A DNA stretch of 63,618 nt, the filler included, from Collodictyon triciliatum (lineage: Eukaryota): the NCBI GenBank assembly GCA_043381765.1. It is 7 parts of 7 records of this genome, joined end to end, with 100 filler letters (N's around TTAATTAATTAA, not from the genome) between each part and the next. Parts side by side here need not be neighbours in the genome. Positions count along the whole stretch, not along the records: positions 31,325 to 39,323 come from JBHJMP010003631.1; positions 39,424 to 47,424 come from JBHJMP010003632.1; 5 more parts are not named here. The stretch is one strand, 5' to 3'. A program made the translations under genes and the position numbers. This document shows positions 33,601 to 46,100 of this stretch, one piece after another. The notes beneath the pieces are model-generated. The model was not told the DNA's origin and made no database searches. It saw only the letters and a list, made by a program, of their open reading frames with translations. The first letter of the stretch is position 1, and the number at the start of each line of letters is the position of its first letter.

Positions 33601-34707
33601 TGAACCATATAAAGGATTAATATAATCTTTAGCGCCCGATACATGTTTTTTATAAGCAGGAACCATAATAACTGCGCTATCTTTAAAAATCTCGACCTAA
33701 TATCCTTTCCGTTCTGAATATTCAATATCTTCATCATCTGGAATACTAAACTAATCGCCACTGTTTGATGGAACAACTTGCATAGTGACATCGAATGCCA
33801 CTTTGCAATTGGCAAATCTATGTCCCATATTCAAATTGTTTTGTCAGCGCTACCTGTGACCACGATGGATTCGTTTTGAGTGGTCGACAAGCACGTCACA
33901 CGGTTGTTGTGCGACTTTATCGTTTTTGATCAATTGTCCGTCTTCCACCTTGAAAATTTTGATCGTCAAGTCTCGATTCGCAGAAATGATGTTGTATCCA
34001 TCTATACTGACAACCACCTTGCGAGCTACACTGTTAAGCGTGTCAATTGTGATAATTAAATCTCTAGTCTCAAAATTCCAAACTTTGATTTTAGAGTCGC
34101 GGCTAGAAGACTCAATCCGACTTTTATGAGGCGTCACTACAACACTATATATTACATCCTTGTGACCACGTAATGAGCTTATCAAAGAACCGTCAGTAAT
34201 ATCCCAAATTCGGATAATGCAATCAAAGCTCCCAGACACAACAATCTTCTTGTCCAATCCAACAAGGGCACTGACACGTCTACTGTGCCCAGTGATTGGA
34301 CGAATGAGACCGCCATACATCAGATTACATACCTTTATCGTATTGTCCGAGCTCCCAGATATTATTTTCGGTCCACCTTTCCCGCTACGCTTTGTTACAG
34401 CAAGACTATAAACAGCTCCCGTGTGGCCAGTTAATGTGTGAACAAGACGTCGACTGGCAAGATTCCAGACTCGCACCGTGCCGTCGCCACTCGCAGAAAC
34501 CACTGTTTTCCCATTTGACAAAACAATAACTCCGTGCACTGGCCCAGTGTGGCCATTCAGGGTTGTAATCAGCCTACCGTCTGAAAAATTGGAAATGTGT
34601 ATTTTATTCTCCGTACTTGCAGACACGATGGTCGTGCCATCAGGCGTTAATGCCACACTACGAACCTCGCTAACATGAATGTGCTGTGTGTCTATCAGTT
34701 TTAGCAT
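33600..34707 (-). pseudogene. WD40-repeat gene, intronless, disrupted in the 7th repeat
   Basis: GH...WN/WD repeats (GHTGPVHGV...SASGDGTVRVWN). A frameshift in the A-run near 33925 is needed to read KTIKSHNNRVTCL...VTGSADKTI*IWD, which has TGA at 33831-33833. Confidence 0.8.
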
Positions 34708-35917
34708 TTTTATTTCTTGCACAAGAGGGTTCTTGGTCTGGAAGTAAAACCCTGTTTAAAAAAAATTATTAAAATATCTACAGAGTCATTAAAAAAATCA
34801 ATAATTTTGGACAAACAAGATGGCTAGCGAACCAAAGCCAACATCCTGCACAAAATTGAAAGGAAGAATAAAAAAAATCTCTCAAACTCAACTGTGTTTC
34901 GAGACGTGGTTTCGCTTGGTCGTCATTTTGTGGTGGAAGCGGAGTCATGCGACCGTTTTGATTGGCAAGGAAAATGTGGAGAAGCGTTAGGCAAGAGCAA
35001 CTGGATGAGGGTCTACACAAGCATTCCAGGACTTATCACGGTCAAAAAGGCGTCGGATGTCCTTTGGTTTTGCTCTGAAATCACGCCTCCGCGACAAAGG
35101 CTGGCGTGTCTGCTACTCGCAGAGTAACGCGCCAAGCCGCCATCGCCGAAAAAGCTGCCCAGCAGATGTCCTCCCACCAGAGGAGTGCATCTGCATCTGT
35201 GTCTGTGTTCCAAAGACCCACCTCCACGGCCGCCCACACGCCGGAGCAGACTGGAACAAAGCGGGAGCGCACCCTCAACAGCANNNNNNNNNNNNNNNNN
35301 NNNNNNNNNNNNNNNNNNNNNNNNNNNNNNNNNNNNNNNNNNNNNNNNNNNNNNNNNNNNNNNNNNNNNNNNNNNNNNNNNNNNNNNNNNNNNNNNNNNN
35401 NNNNNNNNNNNNNNNNNNNNNNNNNNNNNNNNNNNNNNNNNNNNNNNNNNNNNNNNNNNNNNNNNNNNNNNNNNNNNNNNNNNNNNNNNNNNNNNNNNNN
35501 NNNNNNNNNNNNNNNNNNNNNNNNNNNNNNNNNNNNNNNNNNNNNNNNNNNNNNNNNNNNNNNNNNNNNNNNNNNNNNNNNNNNNNNNNNNNNNNNNNNN
35601 NNNNNNNNNNNNNNNNNNNNNNNNNNNNNNNNNNNNNNNNNNNNNNNNNNNNNNNNNNNNNNNNNNNNNNNNNNNNNNNNNNNNNNNNNNNNNNNNNNNN
35701 NNNNNNNNNNNNNNNNNNNNNNNNNNNNNNNNNNNNNNNNNNNNNNNNNNNNNNNNNNNNNNNNNNNNNNNNNNNNNNNNNNNNNNNNNNNNNNNNNNNN
35801 NNNNNNNNNNNNNNNNNNNNNNNNNNNNNNNNNNNNNNNNNNNNNNNNNNNNNNNNNNNNNNNNNNNNNNNNNNNNNNNNNNNNNNNNNNNNNNNNNNNN
35901 NNNNNNNNNNNNNNNNN

Positions 35918-36013
<96 letters not shown>

Positions 36014-36277
36014 AAAGACAAAAAACAGCAAAAACAGCAAAAACAGCAAAAACAGCAAAAAACAAACAAAACGAAACAACAAAACAAAAAGAAAAACAAA
36101 CAAAAAACAAACAACAAAAACAAAAAAACAAAAAAAAACCCAACAAAAAAAGGAACAAAAATAAAAACAAAAAACAAAAAAACAAAACAAAAAGAAACAA
36201 CAAACAAAAATAAAAAGCAACGAACAATAAAACAAAACAAAAAGAAACAACAAACAAAAAAACAAAAACAAAAAAAA
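35918..36277. repeat. Poly(A) (about 95 nt) followed by an A/C low-complexity tract
   Basis: Seen directly after gap 35284-35917. Confidence 0.95.
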
Positions 36278-36369
36278 AGGGGATAGAATGCAAAAGTGAA
36301 TAGACAAGAAATTGAACGTAATGCTCGAAACCTGGCAACAAAAAGCTCAAGGCAGGCAAACCAAAAGCT

Positions 36370-38230
36370 ATGAGCGGAAACTCGCCTCTGTCCAATCAAC
36401 CCGGCTGGGAATATCCCATCGACCCTATCTTAGATGATTCATACCCCTTTCTCTATGAAGAGAACACTTTTGAGCAAAACATGCAGCTGACAACGTAAGT
36501 AGGGCTTCGCATAAACCAAAGTCAAACCTTAACATGATGGCTCGATGACAGTCAGACATATCAATCACGAAGAACCCGCTTTTATTCGCCATATTCATTC
36601 AACTCAGCACTTACTGGAAAGCATAATAAATCCATGTCCTTACAGACTTTTTTTTAGCCCCATCCAGCAGCAAACCGACTTTGCACCCAATGCTCCATTT
36701 ATAATCGGCACGCCGCTTCCTTCCTCACGACAGGAAGACAGCCAAGCATCACACGACCAGTCCACAGCAAACACAACGTCGTTTGGTCCAGCACTGACCG
36801 GAGAAGATTTGTTCCTGGCAGAGGAGAGTTATCCAATCGCTCGTTCCACAGTACCGACCCTGCGAACTCGCAGTCGCACACCACATGCTGCCAAGTCCAT
36901 CCCCGCTTCTGTTGACCCAGCTCACAGTTCTTACTTTGGCCTGCTAACAATACAGAATCCTCCCAATCAAGTCCTGAATGCTGCTATCAGCAAGGCGGAG
37001 CATAGGTACAATATATATATATATATATCCCCAGAAATCACAATAGTTTGAGGTGTTGGCCTTGTTCTGATTGTTTCTTCAACCTGACCCCTATTTTTTT
37101 CTATTTTATAAATATATTCATTATTATCCTCTGTAAAAAAAAATAATAATTATGTCCGCAAGAATAGGAAAATGCGCAATCGATTGAGTGCGCAAAGGTC
37201 CAGGGAAAAAAAAGAGGAGGTCGTGAATGAGTATATCGAAAAGGCTGAATTTTATGAGAACTGCTATCAAAAAGCACTTCTTAAAATCGAGGATTTGCGT
37301 GAAGAAGTTCGGATGCTTCGACTGAAGGTCAGGTTTTACCAAGAGAAATACGAAACAAATGAACCGGGCGATTCGTCGCAGAGATTACCATTCCGTGGTG
37401 ATTTAAGAGCCCCAAACACAGTTTCAAACAACTACGACTCATACTCGAAACCCATGAACTATTCTAGTCACCTAAGTAAACCACCTAAACCGCCTGCTTC
37501 CTTTCCTGCCAAGCTAAAAGGGTTAGGCAATCGAAAGTTTCTGGGATTCTTTATTTTTTCTGTATTGCTGGCGGTGTATTTTACAAATCAATTGGGTGAT
37601 GCTTCGGTAGAGACTCCAGGAGTAGAAGGTGTTGCGAAGACGAGCCCACTAAAGTATATTTCATATAACTCTAAACAAAGTAAATTAGATAATAAACATC
37701 ATATCAATTTAGCCCCTGATTAAAGAATAGCAATTTAAAAGTATTTATAAATGACACAGTCATGTAATCTTCTCCAGGTGCATCTTCCAAAATGTCACAA
37801 TGGTTTTTAAACTACTTGTTGAGCTCATTCATTTTTTAAAAAAAATAAATAGTCAAAAAAATTGCCCATGCCCAACTGGAGGAATGTCTGTCGTTGGCAA
37901 GCACACGATGTTTGTATTCAAACCCTTTATCATCCAAATAATTCCGCTTTGATACCGACTGCACATCTCTATTCGTTTCTCTATTTATTCTTCCTTCTTT
38001 TTTTTATCCCACCAAATAGTCTTGATGATTCATCAAGTGACGAAGAATATAAGAGCTCGGTGCATGCGTCACTAGACGCCGAAGGTGACACAGACATAAT
38101 CGCAATAAGTACAATTGACGCGTTACAGGATGCATCGGCTTCTGATGAAAGGAAAGAATCTCACTGTAGTAATGCCGAGCATGAACAAAATATTAAGGCT
38201 GAAGACATTCGCACTGGCTGCATAAGATAA
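36370..38230 (+). CDS. bZIP transcription factor with a transmembrane segment C-terminal to the zipper
   Basis: ATG 36370. Exons join as ...MQLTT|PIQQQ...KAEHR|KMRNRLSAQRSREKK (basic region), followed by a heptad zipper and the hydrophobic FLGFFIFSVLLAVYF. Exons after about 37652 are tentative. Confidence 0.8.
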
Positions 38231-39215
38231 AAGAGCACTCGAGACATTCTACTCTACAGGTGGTATGAAGCTGCAGCCGAGAATCGACGTTCGTAAAACC
38301 AAAAAAATAAATAAAAAAAGCCAAAATACGAAGGTTTTGATACAATCGTGAATTATTGCTGCTGTTGTTATTGCAGTCGTATATGCATGATGTGTTGAAG
38401 ATGGCAATGTAAAAGTTTGATGATCTATGTTAGATTAAATGACGTATTAGTGCCTGACAACCAGGAAAAAGGCGTGCTTGCATTGCAGAGATGAGATATA
38501 AAAAAAAACATTCATTTCCCTTTTTCCTTTAGATAAGGTATTATATATTTTATTGGGCAGCGCATTCGCCGATACAAAATTATCATCTCACGTCTCTTGT
38601 CGGATGCGCAAACCAAGTCCCTTGGGTTCTGCCTTGTTCAAATAAATGCAGTTTCCTCCGCGTGTTTGTGCCGCTCCAGACAAACACCACAAGACAAACG
38701 CATCACTACTACTCACTCCCTGCACATGAAGCGATTTGAACACTGATGCCTTTGTTTAGTCCCATGCGCAGGCTTCATCATGACCATATCCATATCATAT
38801 CCACCATCACACCATCATCATATCCATCATCATTATCACCTCTTTTTTTTCAAGGAAATCGCAGCTGGCGTGGTGCATCTGCCACGTGGATGTTTCGGTG
38901 AATTTGCCACGCAATCTGCCTTATTCGCCGCCCAATACAAAGGCTGATCGATCTGATGCGTTGCTGTGATCAAGATCGGAATCCGTTTGGCGTTTGCGCC
39001 TGCGATATGTGAGGTGTTCAAAGTCGAAGAAAAGAGAAAGGAAAAACGAAAGAAAAAATAGACCAAAAAAACAGAACAAAAATCCGTAAAGGCGAAAGTA
39101 ACTGGGAAACCAGTCATATGATGCAGACAAAGCCAGGCTCAACTCTAAAAAGTTTTTCACGTTAAAAAAAAAAAAAAGAGAAGAAGACACCTAGACGAAA
39201 ACGATGAGTGGCTAC

Positions 39216-39257
39216 TGACATCATATATATAGTAATATTAATATATATATGATGTCA
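39216..39257. repeat. Near-perfect 42-bp palindrome
   Basis: TGACATCATATATATAGTAATATTAATATATATATGATGTCA is self-complementary with one mismatched pair. Confidence 0.9.
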
Positions 39258-39323
39258 CTTTACGTCCTTTTTCTATTTCTCGAGGACTGACCGATAACTT
39301 ATTTCCCTGCATTCATACCATAT

Positions 39324-39423
39324 NNNNNNNNNNNNNNNNNNNNNNNNNNNNNNNNNNNNNNNNNNNNTTAATTAATTAANNNNNNNNNNNNNNNNNNNNN
39401 NNNNNNNNNNNNNNNNNNNNNNN
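39324..39423. other. Artificial scaffold linker
   Basis: TTAATTAATTAA at 39368-39379. Confidence 0.98.
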
Positions 39424-40140
39424 TTTTTTTGTTTTTTTGTTTTTTTGTTTTTTTGTTTTTTTGTTTTTTTGTTTTTTTGTTTTTTTGTTTTTTGTTTTTT
39501 TTGGTTCTTTGCGCGATTCGTTCATATATAAGGTGAGCATTCCTCCTTCATCCACAAATGGAAATAGATCACAGACTAAATATAGACCGAGGATAAGCCT
39601 TATCCGATAGCAAAGTGCGGTGCGATTCGTCGAAACCTGTTTCTATTTGGCCTGTTTTTCCTTTCGCTCATTGAGTGTTTGGTGAGATAAAACAGAATCG
39701 CCGAGCACGTGGAGGACACCAGGTGCGGGATACTCAAATTAAGATAAGAGAGACAAGGAAAACCAGTGTGGAGGCGATGATGGTGAAGACAAAAGAAAGG
39801 AAACACATCGGCGATAAAGTCACTCAAAGGCCTGGCGGAAGCTTTAGGGGCGATGACTCTCCCACAACCGACTACGACCACGATAATCGCCATTGTGTTC
39901 CTGATGACAGAGGCAGACATGTTTGCCTAGTACATAAATGCGCTGTGTGTGGACTGAAATGACAAACGCCTGAGAAACCAGCAGCGAACGATTCATTTTG
40001 GGACAATCGACAGGCTTCTTGCACTGCCCAGGAATGCTGTTTGTCTGTGTGCTTGTGGGTTTACGTGTGCGCAAGTTTATGTTTTGGGTTATCTGGGCCT
40101 GACTCCTTTTTTGACAGATACACTCACAGCACGTGGAGGG

Positions 40141-41104
40141 ATGCAGAGCGCATTTGCACCTTGCGACGGTGCACTGGGCACCGAAATTCACGCTACTTTC
40201 CAAGACACACTTGTCGAACTCTTTGAGTGGGACGCGGCATGCACGGCCCTTGCATTCTTTGGTGCTGATGCAACCCCGTCGTCTTCTTTACCTGCTGCGA
40301 CAGACACAGCAAATCATGTGTCACCTGGTATGTTCAAACTTTTTTCTGTGCTGCAAGCCTCTTCTTTTTCTTGTGCCTCGTCAGAAGACGACCGGGTGCA
40401 ATATTATTCTTACAGGTCACTGGCTCTCCTTCTCTCTTTTCAACCTCTTTGATTTGCCTTGGGCATGCCCTAGAGCGATCATATCAATACTTCTTTATCC
40501 ATTTCTCCGCTAAGAATCTTGTTGATCCGAAGATCAATCTGCACCAGGGAGAAAATTCGATTCAATCAAAGAGATATGGCCATAATCATCAAACTAAAAA
40601 CAACTAGCTGCTGCCACTTTGACCGAAACAAGGCCATACAAGCTAGGTGCAGATGAATCGATACCCTGGATGTGCGGACAAGAAGATGGAGACAACCACA
40701 TGAATAAGTATACACAACAGGAGGATGCTCGCGGCCCGCTCGGCCATGGGCAAAGATTGCGTATTGTGGAACTGCATATGCAGGGCACAAGCTTTCGCAG
40801 AATAGCGCGGGCGGTGGGATGCACACTTTCTGCTGTGCAATACACCTTGCGCAAGTACAAGCGCTTGCATACAATCGAAACGCTCCCCCGCACGGGCCGC
40901 GTTCCACTATTGCACGCCATCTCTGACGACGACTTCTTCATCGCCTATAACGGGGTTGTTGCATCCACTCATAAGGAACGCCTTCGTCTCACAGCTCTAC
41001 GTCTTGGCCCACTCATTGGCCATACACCCTCACACAAGACTATCCACAAAGATCTCGTTCGTAGACGTTCGTCGCTTTCTTCCGACTCAGGTCTTACAAG
41101 GTAG
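40141..41104 (+). CDS. Paired-like / Tc1-transposase-type HTH DNA-binding protein with no DDE domain (2 or more exons)
   Basis: Exon 40141-40327 joins through a phase-1 intron (GTATGT...CAG, 40328-40652) to PLGHGQRLRIVELHMQGTSFRRIARAVGCTLSAVQYTLRKYKRLHTIETLPRTGR and a second HTH-like segment (PSHKTIHKDL). TAG at 41102-41104. Confidence 0.7.
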
Positions 41105-41469
41105 GTTATTCTAAAATCCTTCGACCTTCAGAGCAAAGTGACAAAGGCATACGATGATTTTAGTTACCTAGTAAGTCCTTTAACAACAGTATCAATTTGC
41201 ACGATTTTAGTGTATGAACTTGTCAGTCCGCTCGATATTTCCATGTTGACACACTGGTGGAGCTCCTTCGGTTGCACTCCTCAAATTTCAAATAATCACC
41301 CATGCCCATGCACCAAGCTTTTTTTTTTTTTTACCGAAATTCCTTTTCTTTTTCTCCTTTGTGATGTGGGCCAAAGAAGATTATGCACAGGTTTATGTGC
41401 GTCTTTCCAAATGCTATCATCTCCGAGACGGCTAGAAATAAACACTAGCAAATATGATTGCTTACTCTA

Positions 41470-43072
41470 TCATCTTACAGGTTTACATAAGGCATGTACA
41501 TGATAAGGTTTAAAACTTTCTTTCATGGAGCTTTTTGACTGCCACGAAAATCCATCAGAAATAAAGCTTTTATACTTGATTCTCCATTTTTCACGAACTG
41601 TGACTATGACTTTATCATGCTCTGGTAAGGCGTACGCATGTCTTAATTCCAAAATTATTTCTCAAATAATAGAGATAAATATTGTGCTATTGTAATTCAA
41701 AAGTGGTTTTCACCCGATGGATGTAACAGATATGTGCGAATTTAATTCGTGCTGACAGACTGTGTTTATATTTATTGTGACCCACACCCAACTTATTTTG
41801 AGCTCTTTATAATGGGTGATGCTTTCGTTGTAGTTCTGTTAAAGAAAAACAGAGGGGAAAGAAAGAGATCATAAGAATGGAGTTTACTCATAATTTTTAT
41901 GGCGGTTTGTATTCGATATCATATGAAACAAAAAAAGTCATAAAATAGGTGCACCATATCTCTACCAAGATTCGTCTCCTTTCAACCTGCATTATGATAA
42001 AGCTATGTCATGTCGATATTGATTTACCTCACTGGTGTTGACGGGCTGGGTATTTGGGAAACCGGGGAGATGCGACTTATTCGACGAAGTCCAATGAGAT
42101 TCGTGGGAGGACTTGAGGCAACAGCTTTTGTGTTGATTGTAGAATTGCATCACTTAGGGATTTACTTAGAAATAAAAAAAAACCAGTTTCTATATATATC
42201 ATTCAACAATTGGACAACTTTTCTATTACTAGGTTTATGCCTCTCTCTATCATGGCTAAATCTGTCCAAGGACTCTTTACATAATATCTCGCTTGATGAC
42301 AATTGTTCAGCTACGAAAATCATAATAAAAACATGTGTCATGGTAATGAAATCGACAGGCGGGCATTACGTTATCATGCGCATATATCGAAAAATACAAA
42401 GCAAGGTGAAAAATTGGAATATCGAAAAAAAAAAATGGACAAAGAGAGGTAATAAGGGTAAGAAAAATGTAAGGCTAGCCAACCAAAGAAACGAAGGGTG
42501 GATGTTGCCTCATCCAACGTCTTAAACTTGGATGTTTTCGCCCTTTTCGCAAGCAACGATATCTTGGAATTAATTTCTTTCATATCCTGGAAAATGTGCT
42601 ACAAAAATCCGGATTATAAGGTCAGATAAAAAAAATCAGCTATTCTATTCGAAAGAAAGTCATATAGTCCAAATGCACCCTTGAAGCTTGATCTTTAACC
42701 CCTTTAGCTGAATCTGAATCAGGTGTTGATGTAGTCGAGTGTTCTGTGACTATGCTCGGCGAAGGAGGTCTTGGCTGACCTGTGAGTGGCTCCTGGGAAT
42801 AAATATAGTGAGGCATTAAACTTATAAATCGATAGATACGGAGAAAGTTTAGTAAATCAAAAGATAATATATCAAATCCTTCATCAGTATCGGACGGAGG
42901 AATAAATAAAGAAATATAAATTCAAAGAAGACGATGAGTTTGTTCTTTCCCACAATATATTTTAAAATAGCTATATTTTTGCAAGTATTTCAGATGACAT
43001 AGTTTTCTATAGTGCTAATGTAAGTCACACATAACTATGTCTTTAAATTTCGAGAAAGTACCTGTTGGTATC

Positions 43073-43147
<75 letters not shown>

Positions 43148-46100
43148 GAAGAAGAAGAACAAGAACAAGAACAAGAACAAGAAGAACAAGAACAAGAACA
43201 AGAAGAACAAGAACAAGAACAAGAAGAACAAGAACAAGAAGAACAAGAACAAGAACAAGAACAAGAACAAGAACAAGAACAAGAAGAACAAGAACAAGAA
43301 CAAGAACAAGAACAAGAACAAGAACAAGAACAACAAGAAGAAGAAGAACAAGAACAAGAACAACAAGAAGAAGAAGAACAAGAAGAAGAAGAAGAAGAAC
43401 AAGAAGAACAAGAACAAGAACAAGAACAAGAACAAGAACAAGAATTGAAGAAATAATATTAGGGTTTAATTACTCGTCCTCTTGATCTATCTTTGAGAAT
43501 TTTTTCTATAAAGTCTTGAAGGCGATTGATCTTCTGGACCGAAATTTCGGATTCTGCTACAATCTATTATTTCCATGTGGTGTTAACACTTTCCTTTCGA
43601 GCGTTGATGAACATGAAAATATGTAGATGTATTCTTCGGAAATTTCATACTTGATTCAGCGTAGAATTCTGCATATGCCTTATGTTTTTAGTAATAGCAG
43701 ACATGTCTGCTTGAATCTTTGACAGTTTGGTGTATAGCTCTGTTTGCTTTAAGATGATGCTTTCTTGGAAATGACCAGAATCCTATGAATTTGTGTATGT
43801 AGCTTGTTGGTTATTTTACTATATGGGCATATATCACGGGACTAATAAATTGATTCTTGTCATTATGTACCTTAGCTGTTTTAACCATGTCCGAAAATAA
43901 TGCATCGAATATCCTTATTATGTCTTCCTAATTATAATTTCATAACTTAAATATATAGCTATATGATACATCGATATGTATAAGTATGAAATCTTATCGA
44001 GTTCGAAACACGTGTTTAAAATTTTGTACATATAAAGTGGTCACTATATTCATTGATTGATTGCACCTCGACGTGTTCATAGGTGGATGCTAGTGCTGCG
44101 TATTCTTCTTGAATGGAACTCAATTCATCCAAAACTCTTTGAATAGCAGACGGGTAACTGTATGATATAATTTCCTTATTTGGATTCTTTCGAGGGCTGG
44201 TCTCATTGGGCAGTGACATGGGCTTATCCTTGAACTTTGTCATAGAACAAGAAAAAAAAAAGGAAAGAGAAATATACCCTCTATCCTCTAGTATAGGAGT
44301 TAAATTCAAAGTGTCGTCACTTCCATTAAGAATGTAAACTAACTGGCAGGGCGTCTCAAAGCTGTGTAAATGTATTAAATCGTATCAATATGTGAGTAAA
44401 ACTACCTAATAGCATATAGAGTGAGTGTATTAAGCCATTGAAAAGGCGAAATATTACCCTTCAAATGAAGCTGTTATACTCTCGACAACTTTAACATTAT
44501 TCTTGGGTAATCCCTTCATTATATTTTCAACAGAACTTTGACATGCGTTGTTGTTGTTGTTATTGTTTTGTTTTGTTTTGTTTTGTTTTGTTTTAAAAAA
44601 AAAAAAGAAATCAGGTTTATTCAATGACCTTATTGGCAATAAATTCGAACACTATGAAAATTAAAATATCATACGAATCAGAAAGAACTTCACATGACAT
44701 TTTGTAAGTAATAAGTAATTTTGCAGAGAGGGGTAAATATTTTGAAAAAAATTACGGGAATTTCCGATTTACTCCTACCTTTTAGTAGCCACAATTTGAC
44801 CTGGGTTGCACATACTGGCCAGTCCAAACACCAGTTTGACATCTCTTCCAACGTAGTCGATGCGATTTGCAATCACATTTTGAAATTGTTGTGGCTGCTC
44901 GAGTATAAAGAAAATTAAGGAATGGTTTCATATATATACAAGCAATCTGACGCATACACTTCCTTTGTGTAATCCAATACGGAGCTGGAATAATGAGTCT
45001 TGCAGGAACCATTCTGAGTCGATGATAAAGCTAGCAGAGATTTCACCCAATTGTGACTTCCATTCGACTGTGTTTTAAGGTATTATTTCAGCACGTCACT
45101 ATTTCTGACATTAAAATACCACTACGATTTTAATACATAGATAAACTGTAATCAATGAAGGAGAAAAAATAAAAGAATTCAACTACTGGGTGAAAAAAAT
45201 ATGCATTTTTTGCTTTGCTTTTAGGGAGTGAACCTTGGGATACTGCTACTTTGCATTCGGACGCCCAAATGATAGCATCGAGTGAGTTTTGAAAAGCCAT
45301 AAAATTAGCATATCCAACCGTGAATACTTCGTGTCCATGGTACAGCAGCGCCTACATGAATATAGTTAATGAAAAAGTATATAAAAAAACTTCACGAGTA
45401 GAACATCAAAGTAATTGCTATCAAAAGAAACAATAGTGATAAAATAACAATAACAATGGTTATGATTATGATAATAATGAGAATGAGAATGAGAATGAGA
45501 ATGAGAATGAGAATGAGAATGAGAATGAGAATGAGAATGAGAATGAGAATAATAATCATGATGATGATAATGATAATGATAATGATAATGATAATGATAA
45601 TGATAATGATAATGATAATGATAATGATAATGATAATGATAATGATAATGATAATGATAATAGCTATGAGATTTACTTTTTCTCGGAGAATGTTATTAAT
45701 AATTGCTGTCGCCGCAGCCATAGCCTCAGGTGCATCTAGCCAGTCAAGCTTTGAGGAAACTTCAACACACACCATTGTAACATCACCTAGCCAGTGGATA
45801 ATAATGTAATGAAGTCTCTTCGAATAATTTTTATTAGACATGTATTTATTTATATATTTATTGTATTATGCTTTCGTTGAAAATGTGAAAGGAAAAGAAA
45901 GAAAACAAAAAAAGATAGAGAGCTACCACATGGAGGCTCAGTCGACTTGACAGCTTGCCTACTTGAGTCTTCATTAAAGTCTATTCGAAGAGACAATCTA
46001 GCGAGCTGATTATTTTTTCATAAGGATTATTGACATCATATGTTAACCTAGAATCAAGAAGCTTTTTGCTAGATAAATACCTGGCTTGATTGTCTATTCA

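Noticed and set aside
31669..33833. In-frame TAA/TGA suggesting a reassigned genetic code or readthrough
   Set aside because: They co-occur with frameshifts in one decayed region. Intact genes end in TAA, TAG or TGA and have no internal stops once spliced.
37470..37530. IRE1-type unconventional intron before the bZIP TM segment
   Set aside because: The CTGC sites present do not match the CNG-NNG loop consensus, and I see no twin stem-loops.
38600..39200. Short GC-richer ORFs downstream of the bZIP gene
   Set aside because: No recognisable motif or consistent exon chain in any frame.
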